From positions 10,950 through 68,046 of the forward strand of contig DOUE01000022.1 of NCBI GenBank assembly GCA_003520745.1: a stretch of DNA of 57,097 bases, read 5' to 3'. The notes beneath the pieces were generated by a model. That model had not been told where the DNA came from. It did no database searches and was given only the letters and a program-made list of their open reading frames with translations. The stretch is from Erysipelotrichaceae bacterium (GTDB lineage: Bacteria; Bacillota_I; Bacilli_A; Erysipelotrichales; Erysipelotrichaceae). Shown here one piece after another: positions 10,876 to 19,421 of the stretch. Every line of letters begins with the position of its first letter. Position 1 is the stretch's first letter. The translations under genes and the position numbers were made by a program.

Positions 10876-12238
10876 TCGTTTTAATTACCTCCGCGGGATA
10901 CCCGAGGTTGTTTGATATCCAGTCGATGGATAGGAGCACGATTTCGTCTTGGGCTTGCTGAGCCGTGATTTCCTGTAGAAATAAACGTTTCAATACAGGA
11001 AGGATTTCCATTTGACGATACATGGTGAACCCAAGCACTTTGGGGTTGCCTTCCAGCGCAATCAGTGGGAAACTCCGGGAATGGACATAGGCTTTCGCCA
11101 ATTCCTGTTGTTTGGCATCGGGATAGGTCACTTGATCCGTCAAGCTTGGATGGACAAGCAAAGTCTTTTTCACCGTCGCTGTAAAAGCATTCAGGGATTC
11201 CACTTCGCGGATCACCCGCAAGACTTCATGGGCTGCCGAAGGATAGGCCGTGTTTTGGATCACATACCCCTCCACGCTCACCAAAGGTGTGAGGATTTGA
11301 TCCTCCAGAGCCGGGAATCGCGCATAGCGGACATTGTGTTTGGTACGGTTTTCATAGGCTTCCACATACATCCATTCACTCGCCATGCTGAAGAGGAATT
11401 CTTTTCCCGAAAGGACTTGGTCGAATTGCCAAACCAATTTCACGGGATCGACCGGCCGCTGGGCGACGATCGTCGAGGCGCCGATTTTTTCAATCAACAT
11501 AAGGGCTTCAAGGAACTCGGGCGTTTCGAATCCGGGTTCGGTCGCGATGTCTTCGGGGAAGATTTCCCATCCCCCCGCGGTAAGGAAAGGGTAAAAGGAA
11601 AGGGCTTCGTTGAACGCCAGAGGGAAAACGGAGGTATAGGTTCTTTTTACGTCTTGGGCAAGATACTTCGCGGCGACCGCCGTGATTTCATCCACGGTAT
11701 CGATCGCATCGGGAAGTCCGTCCGCATCGACATCCTCAAGGCTGACGCCAAGATCGCTTAGCACGGTTTCATCATAGACGAAGGTGAATCCGGTCGCGGA
11801 CATCGGCACGAAACGGAGTCCCTCCAGGTTCACTTCTTCGGATTTGTCCCATTGTAGGTTATTTAAAAGGAGCTCGTTCATCGATTCATCCAGCTCCAAC
11901 AACGAAGCATAGTTCAACGCCGCTTCGTTCTGCGTCATGAATCGAAGATCCGGGGTAGTGTCGCTTGATGCATTCCCTACCACATAGGAAAGGAGTTTAG
12001 AGGTCTCTTGGTGGGCGGCGTCGAAAAGCGCGACCAATCGGTCGCCATATTCTTTCGTCGGTACTTCGACGACGATTTTCGCCCCGTCTTCAATCAAAAA
12101 AGTCTGACTCTTTTCGTCAAAGCAAACCTTCGTACCATCGGGTACGCAGGTCTTGGTCGAAGTCAGGGTGCATCCGATGACCAAAACGGCAAGCGCCGCG
12201 GTCAATAACAAGATGGATAGTCGTCGGTTCAGTTTCAT
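10868..12238 (-). CDS. Orphan ABC-type solute-binding lipoprotein, paralog of the maltodextrin-binding protein at 26285-27682
   Basis: Start trimmed to MKLNRRLSILLLTAALAVLVIGC (lipobox; GAGGA RBS). It shares these blocks with the malE-like protein: TCxxxDGTxVCxDEK, VALxDA, DxxGDxLPDAxDT, VFPLxxxExxSxYxFxTAGG and PGxxTPEF. Confidence 0.7.
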   Translation of the reverse strand: MKLNRRLSILLLTAALAVLVIGCTLTSTKTCVPDGTKVCFDEKSQTFLIEDGAKIVVEVPTKEYGDRLVALFDAAHQETSKLLSYVVGNASSDTTPDLRFMTQNEAALNYASLLELDESMNELLLNNLQWDKSEEVNLEGLRFVPMSATGFTFVYDETVLSDLGVSLEDVDADGLPDAIDTVDEITAVAAKYLAQDVKRTYTSVFPLAFNEALSFYPFLTAGGWEIFPEDIATEPGFETPEFLEALMLIEKIGASTIVAQRPVDPVKLVWQFDQVLSGKEFLFSMASEWMYVEAYENRTKHNVRYARFPALEDQILTPLVSVEGYVIQNTAYPSAAHEVLRVIREVESLNAFTATVKKTLLVHPSLTDQVTYPDAKQQELAKAYVHSRSFPLIALEGNPKVLGFTMYRQMEILPVLKRLFLQEITAQQAQDEIVLLSIDWISNNLGYPAEVIKTNE

Positions 12239-12304
12239 AGTGTCCTCAAATTCCGTATTCAGTTTAACAAACCCCCACCCAAAAGACAAACGAAATCCAA
12301 TGAA

Positions 12305-12334
12305 TTCAAAAAGAAAGACGGCGAGACGCCGTCT
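12305..12334 (-). terminator. Rho-independent terminator after mglC
   Basis: Minus strand AGACGGCG-TCT-CGCCGTCT followed by TTCTTTTTG. Confidence 0.8.
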
Positions 12335-12344
12335 TGATGAAGGA

Positions 12345-13346
12345 TTATTTTTTCGCGAGGTATTTGCGGATGTCGATCGCGACCGCGGCCACGATGACCA
12401 AGCCGATCGCCACGTACTGTAAGTCGGGGGTGACGCCCAAGAACTGGAGGGCGGTTTTCAAGAGTTCGAAGATCAAGACCCCGGAGACGATGCCGCCGAT
12501 CGTACCGACGCCGCCGGCCGTGGAGACACCGCCGATCGTACAAGCCGCGATGGCTTCGAGTTCATAACCGATCCCGTAGTTCGCCGTCGCACCGCCGCTC
12601 TTGGCGGCCATCAGAACACCGGCCAAACCATAAAGCAAACCCGCCAAGGCATAGACACGGATCTTGGTGAAGGTGACGTTGACGCCCGCGACTTCCGCGG
12701 CGACTTCGTTCCCACCGATCGCATAGATGTATTTACCGAATTTCGTCATGTTGAGGATGAACCACATGAAGGCGATGACGATCAAGGCGATGATGGCGAG
12801 GTTGGGTATACCGAACACCCGTCCCGTCGCAATGCTTGTCAATTCGACCTTCAACCCACCGATCGGTTCGTTGCGGGTATAGACCTGTGCGAACCCGTAA
12901 ACGATGCTCTGCATCCCCAAGGTCGCGATGAACGGAGGCACATGCAGGTAGGCGATCACCAAGCCGTTGATCAAACCGATCAACATCGTGACGATCATGG
13001 CGAGGATTAGAATCATCCAAACCGGCGTGTCGGGGAAATTCGGAAAGAATTTCGCCGCGTAGTCCGGACGTTGCAACAGGGTTCCGGCGATGACCGCCCC
13101 GACCCCGACGATCCGACCGGCGGAAAGATCGGTCCCGCGGGTGATCAGCGCACCGCTGACCCCGAGGGCGATGATGAGACGGACGGATGAATTCATGAGG
13201 ATATTCTGGAAGTTCCCCAGCGACAGGAACTTCGGACGTAGAATCGTAACGACGATGACCATCGTGATGAGGATGATGTACATCGCGTTTTCAATCATAC
13301 GATTCTTAATGTTACTTGAATTAAGTTTCATTTTTCGTGTGGACAT
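12345..13346 (-). CDS. mglC: Galactose/methyl-galactoside-type (CUT2) ABC permease
   Basis: Start trimmed to MSTRKMKL (ATG 13344-13346, AAGGAG RBS 5 nt upstream). Polytopic, with a CUT2 permease pattern (TGGIDLS-like RGTDLSAGRIVG). Confidence 0.85.
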   Translation of the reverse strand: MSTRKMKLNSSNIKNRMIENAMYIILITMVIVVTILRPKFLSLGNFQNILMNSSVRLIIALGVSGALITRGTDLSAGRIVGVGAVIAGTLLQRPDYAAKFFPNFPDTPVWMILILAMIVTMLIGLINGLVIAYLHVPPFIATLGMQSIVYGFAQVYTRNEPIGGLKVELTSIATGRVFGIPNLAIIALIVIAFMWFILNMTKFGKYIYAIGGNEVAAEVAGVNVTFTKIRVYALAGLLYGLAGVLMAAKSGGATANYGIGYELEAIAACTIGGVSTAGGVGTIGGIVSGVLIFELLKTALQFLGVTPDLQYVAIGLVIVAAVAIDIRKYLAKK

Positions 13347-13356
13347 GGGGTGCTCC

Positions 13357-14871
13357 TTACATGTACTTTGTGGCCAATTCCATGATTTTCTCTTGGTTGG
13401 CGTCTTTCCCTTCGACAATTCCGCTTAACTTCCCTTCACACATGACCAGGATCCGATCGCTCATCCCCAGCAGTTCAGGCATTTCCGAACTGATCATGAT
13501 GACGCTCTTCCCGGCTTTCGCCAGACTGACCATGATACTGTAGATCTCGTACTTGGCGCCGACGTCGATCCCTCGGGTCGGTTCATCGAGGATGAAGATT
13601 TCGGGATCCCTCGCCAACCATCGCGAGATGATGACTTTCTGCTGGTTCCCGCCCGAGAGGGATTGGATTTTCGTCTTCGTACTCGGTGTTTTGATACTCA
13701 GTTTGCGAATGTTGTCTTCCGCCAAGGCATTGAGTTTGCGATTGTTGAGTTTGATGTGGAAATCGACATAGTCATCCAAACTCGCGACCGAGACGTTATC
13801 CCGGACCGAGAGGACGCCGAAGATTCCGCTACCGCGCCGATCTTCCGTCAAGAGGGAGATCCCTTTTCGGATGGCATCGCGCGGATGATTGATTTTCAAT
13901 GTTTTCCCATGGAGTTTGATTTCACCAAACGAACTGGCGCGGATACCGAAGATCCCTTCGACAAGCTCCGTCCTCTGTGCCCCGACCAATCCGCCGATGC
14001 CCAGGATTTCACCCCGGCGAAGATCGAAGGACACGTCTTTGAACGATCGAGGGTTGGGCGAGGTGAAGTTCTTCACTTCGAAGACCACATCCCCCGGTAC
14101 GTTATTCTTCGGCGGATAGAGGTTGGTCAATTCACGTCCGACCATTTTGGTGATAATCAAATCCATCGTCAATTCGCTGCTGAGATAGGTTCCGATGTAT
14201 CGTCCGTCACGCATGATGGTGACCTCATCGGAAATGCGCAGGATTTCTTCCATCTTATGCGAGATATAGATGATGGAAACCCCTTGGTTGCGTAATTCAT
14301 TGATGATTTCAAACAGTTGGGTGACTTCCGCTTGGGTCAGCGATGACGTCGGTTCATCCATGATGATGATTTTCGCGTTATAGGAAATCGCCTTCGCGAT
14401 TTCGATCGACTGGATCTGCGATACCGACAGATCTTTCAGTTTCGTATCCGGATTTGCGTTCAAGCGAACACGGCTCAATAAGTCCGTCGACATGTCGCGC
14501 ATCTTCTTCGCGTCGACCATCACCGGTATATTGGCGATTTTAATCATCGGATATCGTCCGATCCAAAGATTCTCCGCGATGCTGCGGTATGGAATCGGCT
14601 GTAATTCTTGGTGGATCATCGAAATCCCCGCATTCAATGCGTCTTTCGGATTATGAAAATCCATCTTCTTCCCTTCGAGGATGATTTCCCCATCATCCGG
14701 TAGATAGATCCCGAAGAGACACTTCATTAACGTGGACTTCCCTGCCCCGTTTTCCCCCATCAATGCATGCACGGTCCCTTTTCTTACGTGAAAAGATACA
14801 TCGTCCAACGCCTTGACGCCCGGAAAACTTTTACTGATGTGGTTCATCTCAAGAATGATTTCTTGGCCCAT
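13357..14871 (-). CDS. mglA: Sugar ABC transporter ATP-binding protein with duplicated NBD (CUT2)
   Basis: Start trimmed to MGQEIILEMNHISKSF (GGAGAGGA RBS). It has two NBDs: GENGAGKST Walker A, LSVSQIQ and LSGGNQQK signatures, and IIIMDEPT and ILDEPTRG Walker B motifs. Confidence 0.9.
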   Translation of the reverse strand: MGQEIILEMNHISKSFPGVKALDDVSFHVRKGTVHALMGENGAGKSTLMKCLFGIYLPDDGEIILEGKKMDFHNPKDALNAGISMIHQELQPIPYRSIAENLWIGRYPMIKIANIPVMVDAKKMRDMSTDLLSRVRLNANPDTKLKDLSVSQIQSIEIAKAISYNAKIIIMDEPTSSLTQAEVTQLFEIINELRNQGVSIIYISHKMEEILRISDEVTIMRDGRYIGTYLSSELTMDLIITKMVGRELTNLYPPKNNVPGDVVFEVKNFTSPNPRSFKDVSFDLRRGEILGIGGLVGAQRTELVEGIFGIRASSFGEIKLHGKTLKINHPRDAIRKGISLLTEDRRGSGIFGVLSVRDNVSVASLDDYVDFHIKLNNRKLNALAEDNIRKLSIKTPSTKTKIQSLSGGNQQKVIISRWLARDPEIFILDEPTRGIDVGAKYEIYSIMVSLAKAGKSVIMISSEMPELLGMSDRILVMCEGKLSGIVEGKDANQEKIMELATKYM

Positions 14872-14950
14872 GGTTGTTTGTCCTCTCCATATCGATAAAA
14901 AATCAAGTGTGGTGGAAACCACACTTGATTCAGGATTCCTTTTTTACTTC

Positions 14951-15943
14951 TTACTTAATGAAGTCTTCGTAGTTTTCCGGCGTAACTTTTACGTACGGAA
15001 CCCATTGCAGAACATCGACGGCTTCGCCATTCAACAGTTTGATGGCGGAATCAACGGAAGTGTGAGCCTGTCCATCGGAATCGTTCAGAACCGTACCCTT
15101 CAAGGTACCGTTTTTGATCGCATCCAACGCAGGGGCGGTCGCATCGACGCCGACAACCGGAACATCGGTCATACCGGCGGCAACCAACGCTTCGATCGCG
15201 CCGAGCGCCATGTCATCGTTGTTCGCGAAGACGACTTCGATCGCATCGCCGAACTGGGTGATCGCGGTAGCCATTTTTTCCTGGCCTTTTACACGGTCCC
15301 ATTCGCCACGGTCTTCGAAGAGTTTGTCGACGACGATACCGGCGGCTTCAACGGCTTTGATGGAGTATTCGGTACGCAGGGCGGCATCCTGGTGGATGGC
15401 TTGTCCCATCAACATAACGTATTGGAGTTTGTCGTCTCCGTTTTTGTCGACTTTCGAATCGGTGGCTTCCCAAAGGTCAACGATGATTTCGCCTTGGTAA
15501 GTGCCCGAATCTTCAGCTTTGGCACCGACGTAGGTGATTTTGTCCCATGTCGCCATGTCGGCATCCGACGGTTGACGGTTGATGAAGACGGTCGGGATAT
15601 TGGCTGCCTTGACTTTCGCTATGATCGTACTTGCAGCGGTAAGATCCACGAGGTTGATGATCAGAACATCATAGTCTTGAGCGATGAAGTTGTCGATTTG
15701 TTCGGTTTGAGCGACTTGGTCGTTCTTCCCGTCGGTAACTTCGACTTCATACTTGACGGTATCCGAATTCTTCGTTTCGAAATAAGCTTTCATTTCGTTA
15801 CGATAATTCGTCATGAAGGTATCGTCGAACTTGTAGATGGCGATCCCTACTTTGATGGTTTTCGGTCCGGTTTCTTTCGGCGCGCACGCTGTCAGACCAA
15901 GCACCATCGCAACAACTGCTATGATTGCGAACAGCTTTTTCAT
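14951..15943 (-). CDS. mglB: Galactose/glucose-binding lipoprotein
   Basis: 330 aa with lipobox MKKLFAIIAVVAMVLGLTAC. Long collinear similarity to E. coli MglB as I remember it (VGIAIYKFDDTFM, NDQVAQTEQIDNF, VFANNDDMALGAIEAL, GVDATAPALDAIKNGTLKGTVLND). Confidence 0.88.
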   Translation of the reverse strand: MKKLFAIIAVVAMVLGLTACAPKETGPKTIKVGIAIYKFDDTFMTNYRNEMKAYFETKNSDTVKYEVEVTDGKNDQVAQTEQIDNFIAQDYDVLIINLVDLTAASTIIAKVKAANIPTVFINRQPSDADMATWDKITYVGAKAEDSGTYQGEIIVDLWEATDSKVDKNGDDKLQYVMLMGQAIHQDAALRTEYSIKAVEAAGIVVDKLFEDRGEWDRVKGQEKMATAITQFGDAIEVVFANNDDMALGAIEALVAAGMTDVPVVGVDATAPALDAIKNGTLKGTVLNDSDGQAHTSVDSAIKLLNGEAVDVLQWVPYVKVTPENYEDFIK

Positions 15944-15972
15944 TTCGTCCTCCTATAGACGGGTATACATAG

Positions 15973-15986
15973 TGTATACGCTTTCA
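15973..15986 (-). promoter_or_regulatory. cre box at the mglB transcription start region
   Basis: Minus strand aTGAAAGCGTATACA fits WTGNAANCGNWNNCW. It abuts the putative -10. Confidence 0.55.
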
Positions 15987-16014
15987 TGTTAGACCTTTGG
16001 AATTGTTAAGTCAA
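15986..16014 (-). promoter_or_regulatory. Putative mglBAC promoter
   Basis: Minus strand TTGACT (16009-16014), a 17-nt spacer, then TAACAT (15986-15991). Confidence 0.5.
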
Positions 16015-16113
16015 GGGCATTTTCACAATTCATTCCTACATTTATTTGTCAAGACAACCCAGGTGTAATCGATTTCATTTTGGCAACATCCCTAACCCCG
16101 ATGGTTGTTAGGC

Positions 16114-16127
16114 TGTAACCGTTATCA
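16114..16127 (+). promoter_or_regulatory. cre box overlapping the -35 of the maltosyltransferase-like gene
   Basis: TGTAACCGTTATCA is a perfect match to TGWAANCGNTNWCA. Confidence 0.65.
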
Positions 16128-16150
16128 TTTTATCCAACCTATGGTAAAAT
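16122..16150 (+). promoter_or_regulatory. Putative promoter of the GH13 maltosyltransferase-like gene
   Basis: TTATCA (16122-16127), a 17-nt spacer, then TGgTAAAAT (extended -10, 16145-16150). Confidence 0.5.
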
Positions 16151-16167
16151 GGTGGCGGAGGATGATT

Positions 16168-18258
16168 ATGAAAAATTTGGAAAGAGTTGCGAAGGCGATC
16201 GCCAAGCAAGCGGCAGAGAATCCAGGCGTCTACAATTACGCGATTCCCGACCTTTGGGATAATTTCGGCTATACGGGCGAAGAGAAGGTCGTCACCCACG
16301 ACGGTCATGTTTTGGTGAATCCGTACCGCTTCTATGGTTCGCTCATCCGGGATGTTTTCCTAGCCCGTGCGGATAAGAAGATCGACTATTCCGAGAGTTT
16401 CTATACCCAACGTCCGGTCGACGAGGAACTGAAGAACGGGGATTGGATCCGCAAATCGAGCGTCTATTCGATGATGATCCGCGCATCCGGCAGTTTCGAC
16501 CATGACCGTACCGGTAGTCTCGAGGACCGGAATCTTTATAAACTGAAAGATACGGGGACGTTCATCAAAGCGTTGGCCATGTTGCCAAATTTAAAGAAGA
16601 TGGGTATCGACGTGCTGTATTTGTTGCCGATCGCGAAGTACTCGTTGAAAGACAAGAAAGGCGAACTGGGTTCGCCCTACGGCGTCTCCAATTTCAACGC
16701 GCTCGATCAAGGGTTGAAAGATCCGATCACGGGCGATGCGACGACGGTCGAACAAGAGTTCAAGGCATTCGTCGAAGCCGCGCATATCTTGGGCATGAAG
16801 GTCATCATCGACATCATCCCGAGAACCAACTCCGTCAATTCCGACTTGATCGTCGACCATCCGGATTGGTTCTATTGGCTGGATCTGGCCGACCTGCCGG
16901 ATTATCGTTCGCCGATGGTTCCGGGATTGAAAGCCGCGATTCCCGCCAAAAAGGAATATGCGCCTCAGATCTATGCTTCCGAAGAAGTTTTACAACATAT
17001 CCGCAAATTCCGCAAGAACCCCAAACAGATCGACGCCAAGAAATGGCGCGAGATGATCAAGGAGTATAAATCCGAAGGCAATACGAAGGAAATCCTGGAT
17101 TTGGTTCAGGAATACTTCAAGATGACGATCGCACCGGCGTTCTCCGATTGCATCAACGATCCGCAACCCGCGTGGAGCGATGTCACTTATTTCCGCATGT
17201 ATCTCGACCACCCGGAAAGCAGCCAGCCTTTCTTGGATAAGCTGGGGCACTTCGAACCCTACATCCTGTTCGATGTCGCCAAGAGCAGCTTCAATCCCGG
17301 CACACAACCGAATACACCCTTGTGGGAAATGTTGAGCGGGATCATCCCCTTCTATCAGAAGCAATTCGGGATCGACGGCGCCCGCATCGACATGGGTCAT
17401 GCCTTGCCGTTGGAACTGGTTAGCGAAATCATCCGTAAAGCCCGCGAGATCAATCCGGAATTCACGTTCATCGCCGAAGAGTTGGATGTCGTCAACGCCG
17501 CCGACTCCAAGTCCAAAGGCTACAACATGATCATCGGCGACGGGTTCATGCGTGAACCGCGCGTCTATGACGGATTGTTCAATAGTTTCGTCTATGGCGC
17601 CATGAATCTGGAGTCCCCCTTGTTCGCCTGCGGGGAAACCCACGACACGCCCCGTTTGGCGGCGCGCAACGGCGGGGAAACCTTGGCGAAGATGCTGACG
17701 ATCTTCAATCTCTTCGTCCCCAACGCCATCCCGTTCTTGAATTCGGGTCAGGAAGTGTTCGAGCGCCAACCGATGAATACGGGGTTGGACTGCCGCCCCA
17801 ACGAAGCGGAGATGCTTGACCCGAAAGACCCGTTCTTCGGCAAGCTCGCCCTCTTCGATCGTTTCGCCTTCCATTATCTCCATCCCGACCGTTGGGAGTT
17901 CATGAACCTGATCCAGGATGCCAATGCGATCCGTCAGCACATCCTCCCCGCGCTCTTGGATAAAGAGGCCACGTATCCCTTAGGCTTCAGCGCCCCGTGG
18001 GACATGGCGGCAGGATTCGGCTATCGTACGGAGAAGAAGATGATCTTGGTCATCGCCAACACCGACGTCTTCAACGAAAAGCATCATCTTGTCCGTCTCG
18101 ACAATCTCCCGGCGAAGTATCTCGGTTCGAATCGTTCGATCCGCCAGATCTTCTCCAGCGACAAGAATAGCGTCTGGCCGACCATCGAGATCGATTCCTA
18201 CCAAAACATCAACCTTCACTTCCAAAAAGGTGAAGTCAAGATTCTTGAAATCGAATGA
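16168..18258 (+). CDS. GH13 alpha-amylase-superfamily glucanotransferase, Thermotoga maltosyltransferase (MTase)-like
   Basis: Start trimmed to the ATG at 16168 (GGAGG at 16157-16161; the ORF-track start is a TTG). GH13 regions: VIIDIIPRT (atypical region I), GIDGARIDMGHAL (II), FIAEELD (III) and ACGETHD (IV). Further blocks are SPYGVSNF, DHPDWFYW, INDPQPAWSDVTYFRMYLDHPE and NSGQEVFERQPMNTGLD. There is no signal peptide. Confidence 0.7.
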   Translation: MKNLERVAKAIAKQAAENPGVYNYAIPDLWDNFGYTGEEKVVTHDGHVLVNPYRFYGSLIRDVFLARADKKIDYSESFYTQRPVDEELKNGDWIRKSSVYSMMIRASGSFDHDRTGSLEDRNLYKLKDTGTFIKALAMLPNLKKMGIDVLYLLPIAKYSLKDKKGELGSPYGVSNFNALDQGLKDPITGDATTVEQEFKAFVEAAHILGMKVIIDIIPRTNSVNSDLIVDHPDWFYWLDLADLPDYRSPMVPGLKAAIPAKKEYAPQIYASEEVLQHIRKFRKNPKQIDAKKWREMIKEYKSEGNTKEILDLVQEYFKMTIAPAFSDCINDPQPAWSDVTYFRMYLDHPESSQPFLDKLGHFEPYILFDVAKSSFNPGTQPNTPLWEMLSGIIPFYQKQFGIDGARIDMGHALPLELVSEIIRKAREINPEFTFIAEELDVVNAADSKSKGYNMIIGDGFMREPRVYDGLFNSFVYGAMNLESPLFACGETHDTPRLAARNGGETLAKMLTIFNLFVPNAIPFLNSGQEVFERQPMNTGLDCRPNEAEMLDPKDPFFGKLALFDRFAFHYLHPDRWEFMNLIQDANAIRQHILPALLDKEATYPLGFSAPWDMAAGFGYRTEKKMILVIANTDVFNEKHHLVRLDNLPAKYLGSNRSIRQIFSSDKNSVWPTIEIDSYQNINLHFQKGEVKILEIE

Positions 18259-18262
18259 TAAG

Positions 18263-18292
18263 AAAGAGACATCGCGATGGCGATGTCTCTTT
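18263..18292. terminator. Bidirectional terminator between convergent genes
   Basis: 13-bp stem AAAGAGACATCGC-GATG-GCGATGTCTCTTT with A/T runs on both sides. Confidence 0.8.
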
Positions 18293-18789
18293 TACTGCAG
18301 TGTATCCGCTTCTTCGATGACGGTGAATCCTTCTTCGTCTTCTACCCAATACCTAAGCTTGCGGCCTTGGATCCAGGCCGCCCCGAGCGAGTACAACAGC
18401 CAGGCATGCATCGCATAGTCGATCATGTAGGCGGGGTCGAACCCTTCGCTTAGAGAAATCCAGACCAGGAATCCGGTATCCAGTAGATAAAGGATGAAGG
18501 CGATCATAAACCAATGGACTTTCTTCTTACTGAAAAACCATGAAATCAAGAAGACCGACAGGACGCAAACACCGATCAACACATAGATCAACCCGACAGC
18601 CAGACTGTCATAGACGGTGATCGACAAAAACCCGACATAAATCGTGAACATCGAGAAATAGGATGAATACGGGAAACTGACATTCGAATTCATGAAGGCG
18701 AAGGCGAGATTCAACACGGTCAGCACCAACATGAACAACAACGAACTCCGACCGGCCGATACGACTCTAGGCAACGTTTTTCTTTCCAT
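18292..18789 (-). CDS. Small integral membrane protein, unknown function
   Basis: Trimmed from the 240-aa ORF to MERKTLPRVV (ATG 18787-18789, GGGGG RBS), giving ~165 aa with 4-5 hydrophobic segments. The longer ORF would overlap the upstream SRPBCC gene and its terminator. Confidence 0.5.
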   Translation of the reverse strand: MERKTLPRVVSAGRSSLLFMLVLTVLNLAFAFMNSNVSFPYSSYFSMFTIYVGFLSITVYDSLAVGLIYVLIGVCVLSVFLISWFFSKKKVHWFMIAFILYLLDTGFLVWISLSEGFDPAYMIDYAMHAWLLYSLGAAWIQGRKLRYWVEDEEGFTVIEEADTLQ

Positions 18790-18866
18790 TTTGTTTCCCC
18801 CTGGATGATTCCATTCTATCATCGACGGGTAATCGACGTAAAGGCAGAGTTTTCGACGCACCCAAA

Positions 18867-18895
18867 GAAAAGGCGAATTCGAGATTCGCCTTTTC
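18867..18895 (-). terminator. Terminator after the SRPBCC gene
   Basis: Minus strand GAAAAGGCGAAT-loop-ATTCGCCTTTTC followed by TTTGGG. Confidence 0.75.
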
Positions 18896-18898
18896 CAT

Positions 18899-19318
18899 TC
18901 ATTCGAAATGCGTTGTTTCGCAATATTTCTTAAAATTGTCCAGGATCGACTGCCACCCGAAACGTTGTAGCTCGATGGAATTCTCCGTTTCCGCTTCGAA
19001 GGTCTCGACGACATGCGTCCGATCCCCTAGATTATTGAAAACCACTTCGACCGTTCGGTCATCGTCCAGGGTATACGCCAGGACGCGGTGAGGTACGACT
19101 CTTGTATAGGTCCCGCTGAAGTCGAATCCGGCGCTCCCGTCGCGGGCTTCCATGCGGCTGGAAAACTTCCCGCCGACGACTAGGTCGTTCTTCGACCAAG
19201 GCGAACACCAATCCTCGGAGGCGGCGTTCCACTGGGTAATATGCTTCGGTTGTGTCCAGGCTTCCCATACTTTTTCGACGGGTAGCAGGACGAGGGTTTC
19301 AATCGTGATTTTTTCCAT
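18899..19318 (-). CDS. SRPBCC/AHSA1-family (START-like) small protein
   Basis: 139 aa. The pattern MEKITIETLVLLPVEKVWEAWTQPKHITQW...GGKFSSRMEARDGS.GFDFSGTYTRV is typical of Aha1/BPI-like SRPBCC proteins. Confidence 0.75.
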   Translation of the reverse strand: MEKITIETLVLLPVEKVWEAWTQPKHITQWNAASEDWCSPWSKNDLVVGGKFSSRMEARDGSAGFDFSGTYTRVVPHRVLAYTLDDDRTVEVVFNNLGDRTHVVETFEAETENSIELQRFGWQSILDNFKKYCETTHFE

Positions 19319-19390
19319 GGTTTCTCCTTTTCAAGATTCTTCCTACACCATCTATACCATACTTGTTTCATGAATCCAAACAGGATGACT

Positions 19391-19418
19391 AAAGAGCGCA
19401 CCGTCGGGCGCGCTCTTT
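19391..19418 (-). terminator. Possible terminator after the GNAT gene
   Basis: AAAGAGCGC...GCGCTCTTT, a 9-bp stem with a short T run only. Confidence 0.45.
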
Positions 19419-19421
19419 CGA

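Noticed and set aside
14813-15958. 381-aa plus-strand ORF
   Set aside because: It lies entirely antisense to mglB and the 5' end of mglA. Its sequence is low-complexity (rich in D, G, R, V, F) with no motifs. This is the typical shadow ORF of a codon-biased gene on the opposite strand.
15962-15980. GTATAC-N5-GTATAC / TATACA-TAG-TGTATA inverted repeat upstream of mglB as a dedicated operator
   Set aside because: It overlaps and is largely explained by the cre box at 15973-15986. A GalR/GalS-type regulator gene is not present in the window.
16990-17940. 316-aa minus-strand ORF
   Set aside because: It is antisense to the well-supported GH13 maltosyltransferase-like CDS and has no recognisable domain. 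The same reasoning applies to 1949-2638(+), 11012-11761(+), 13663-14295(+), 31781-32464(-), 43768-44511(-), 50557-51231(+), 52090-52845(+), 53275-54006(+) and 55287-55868(+).
18292-19014. Full 240-aa ORF as given in the track
   Set aside because: Its first 75 codons overlap the 3' end of the SRPBCC gene and cross that gene's strong terminator (18867-18895). I trimmed it to the ATG at 18789, which has an RBS.
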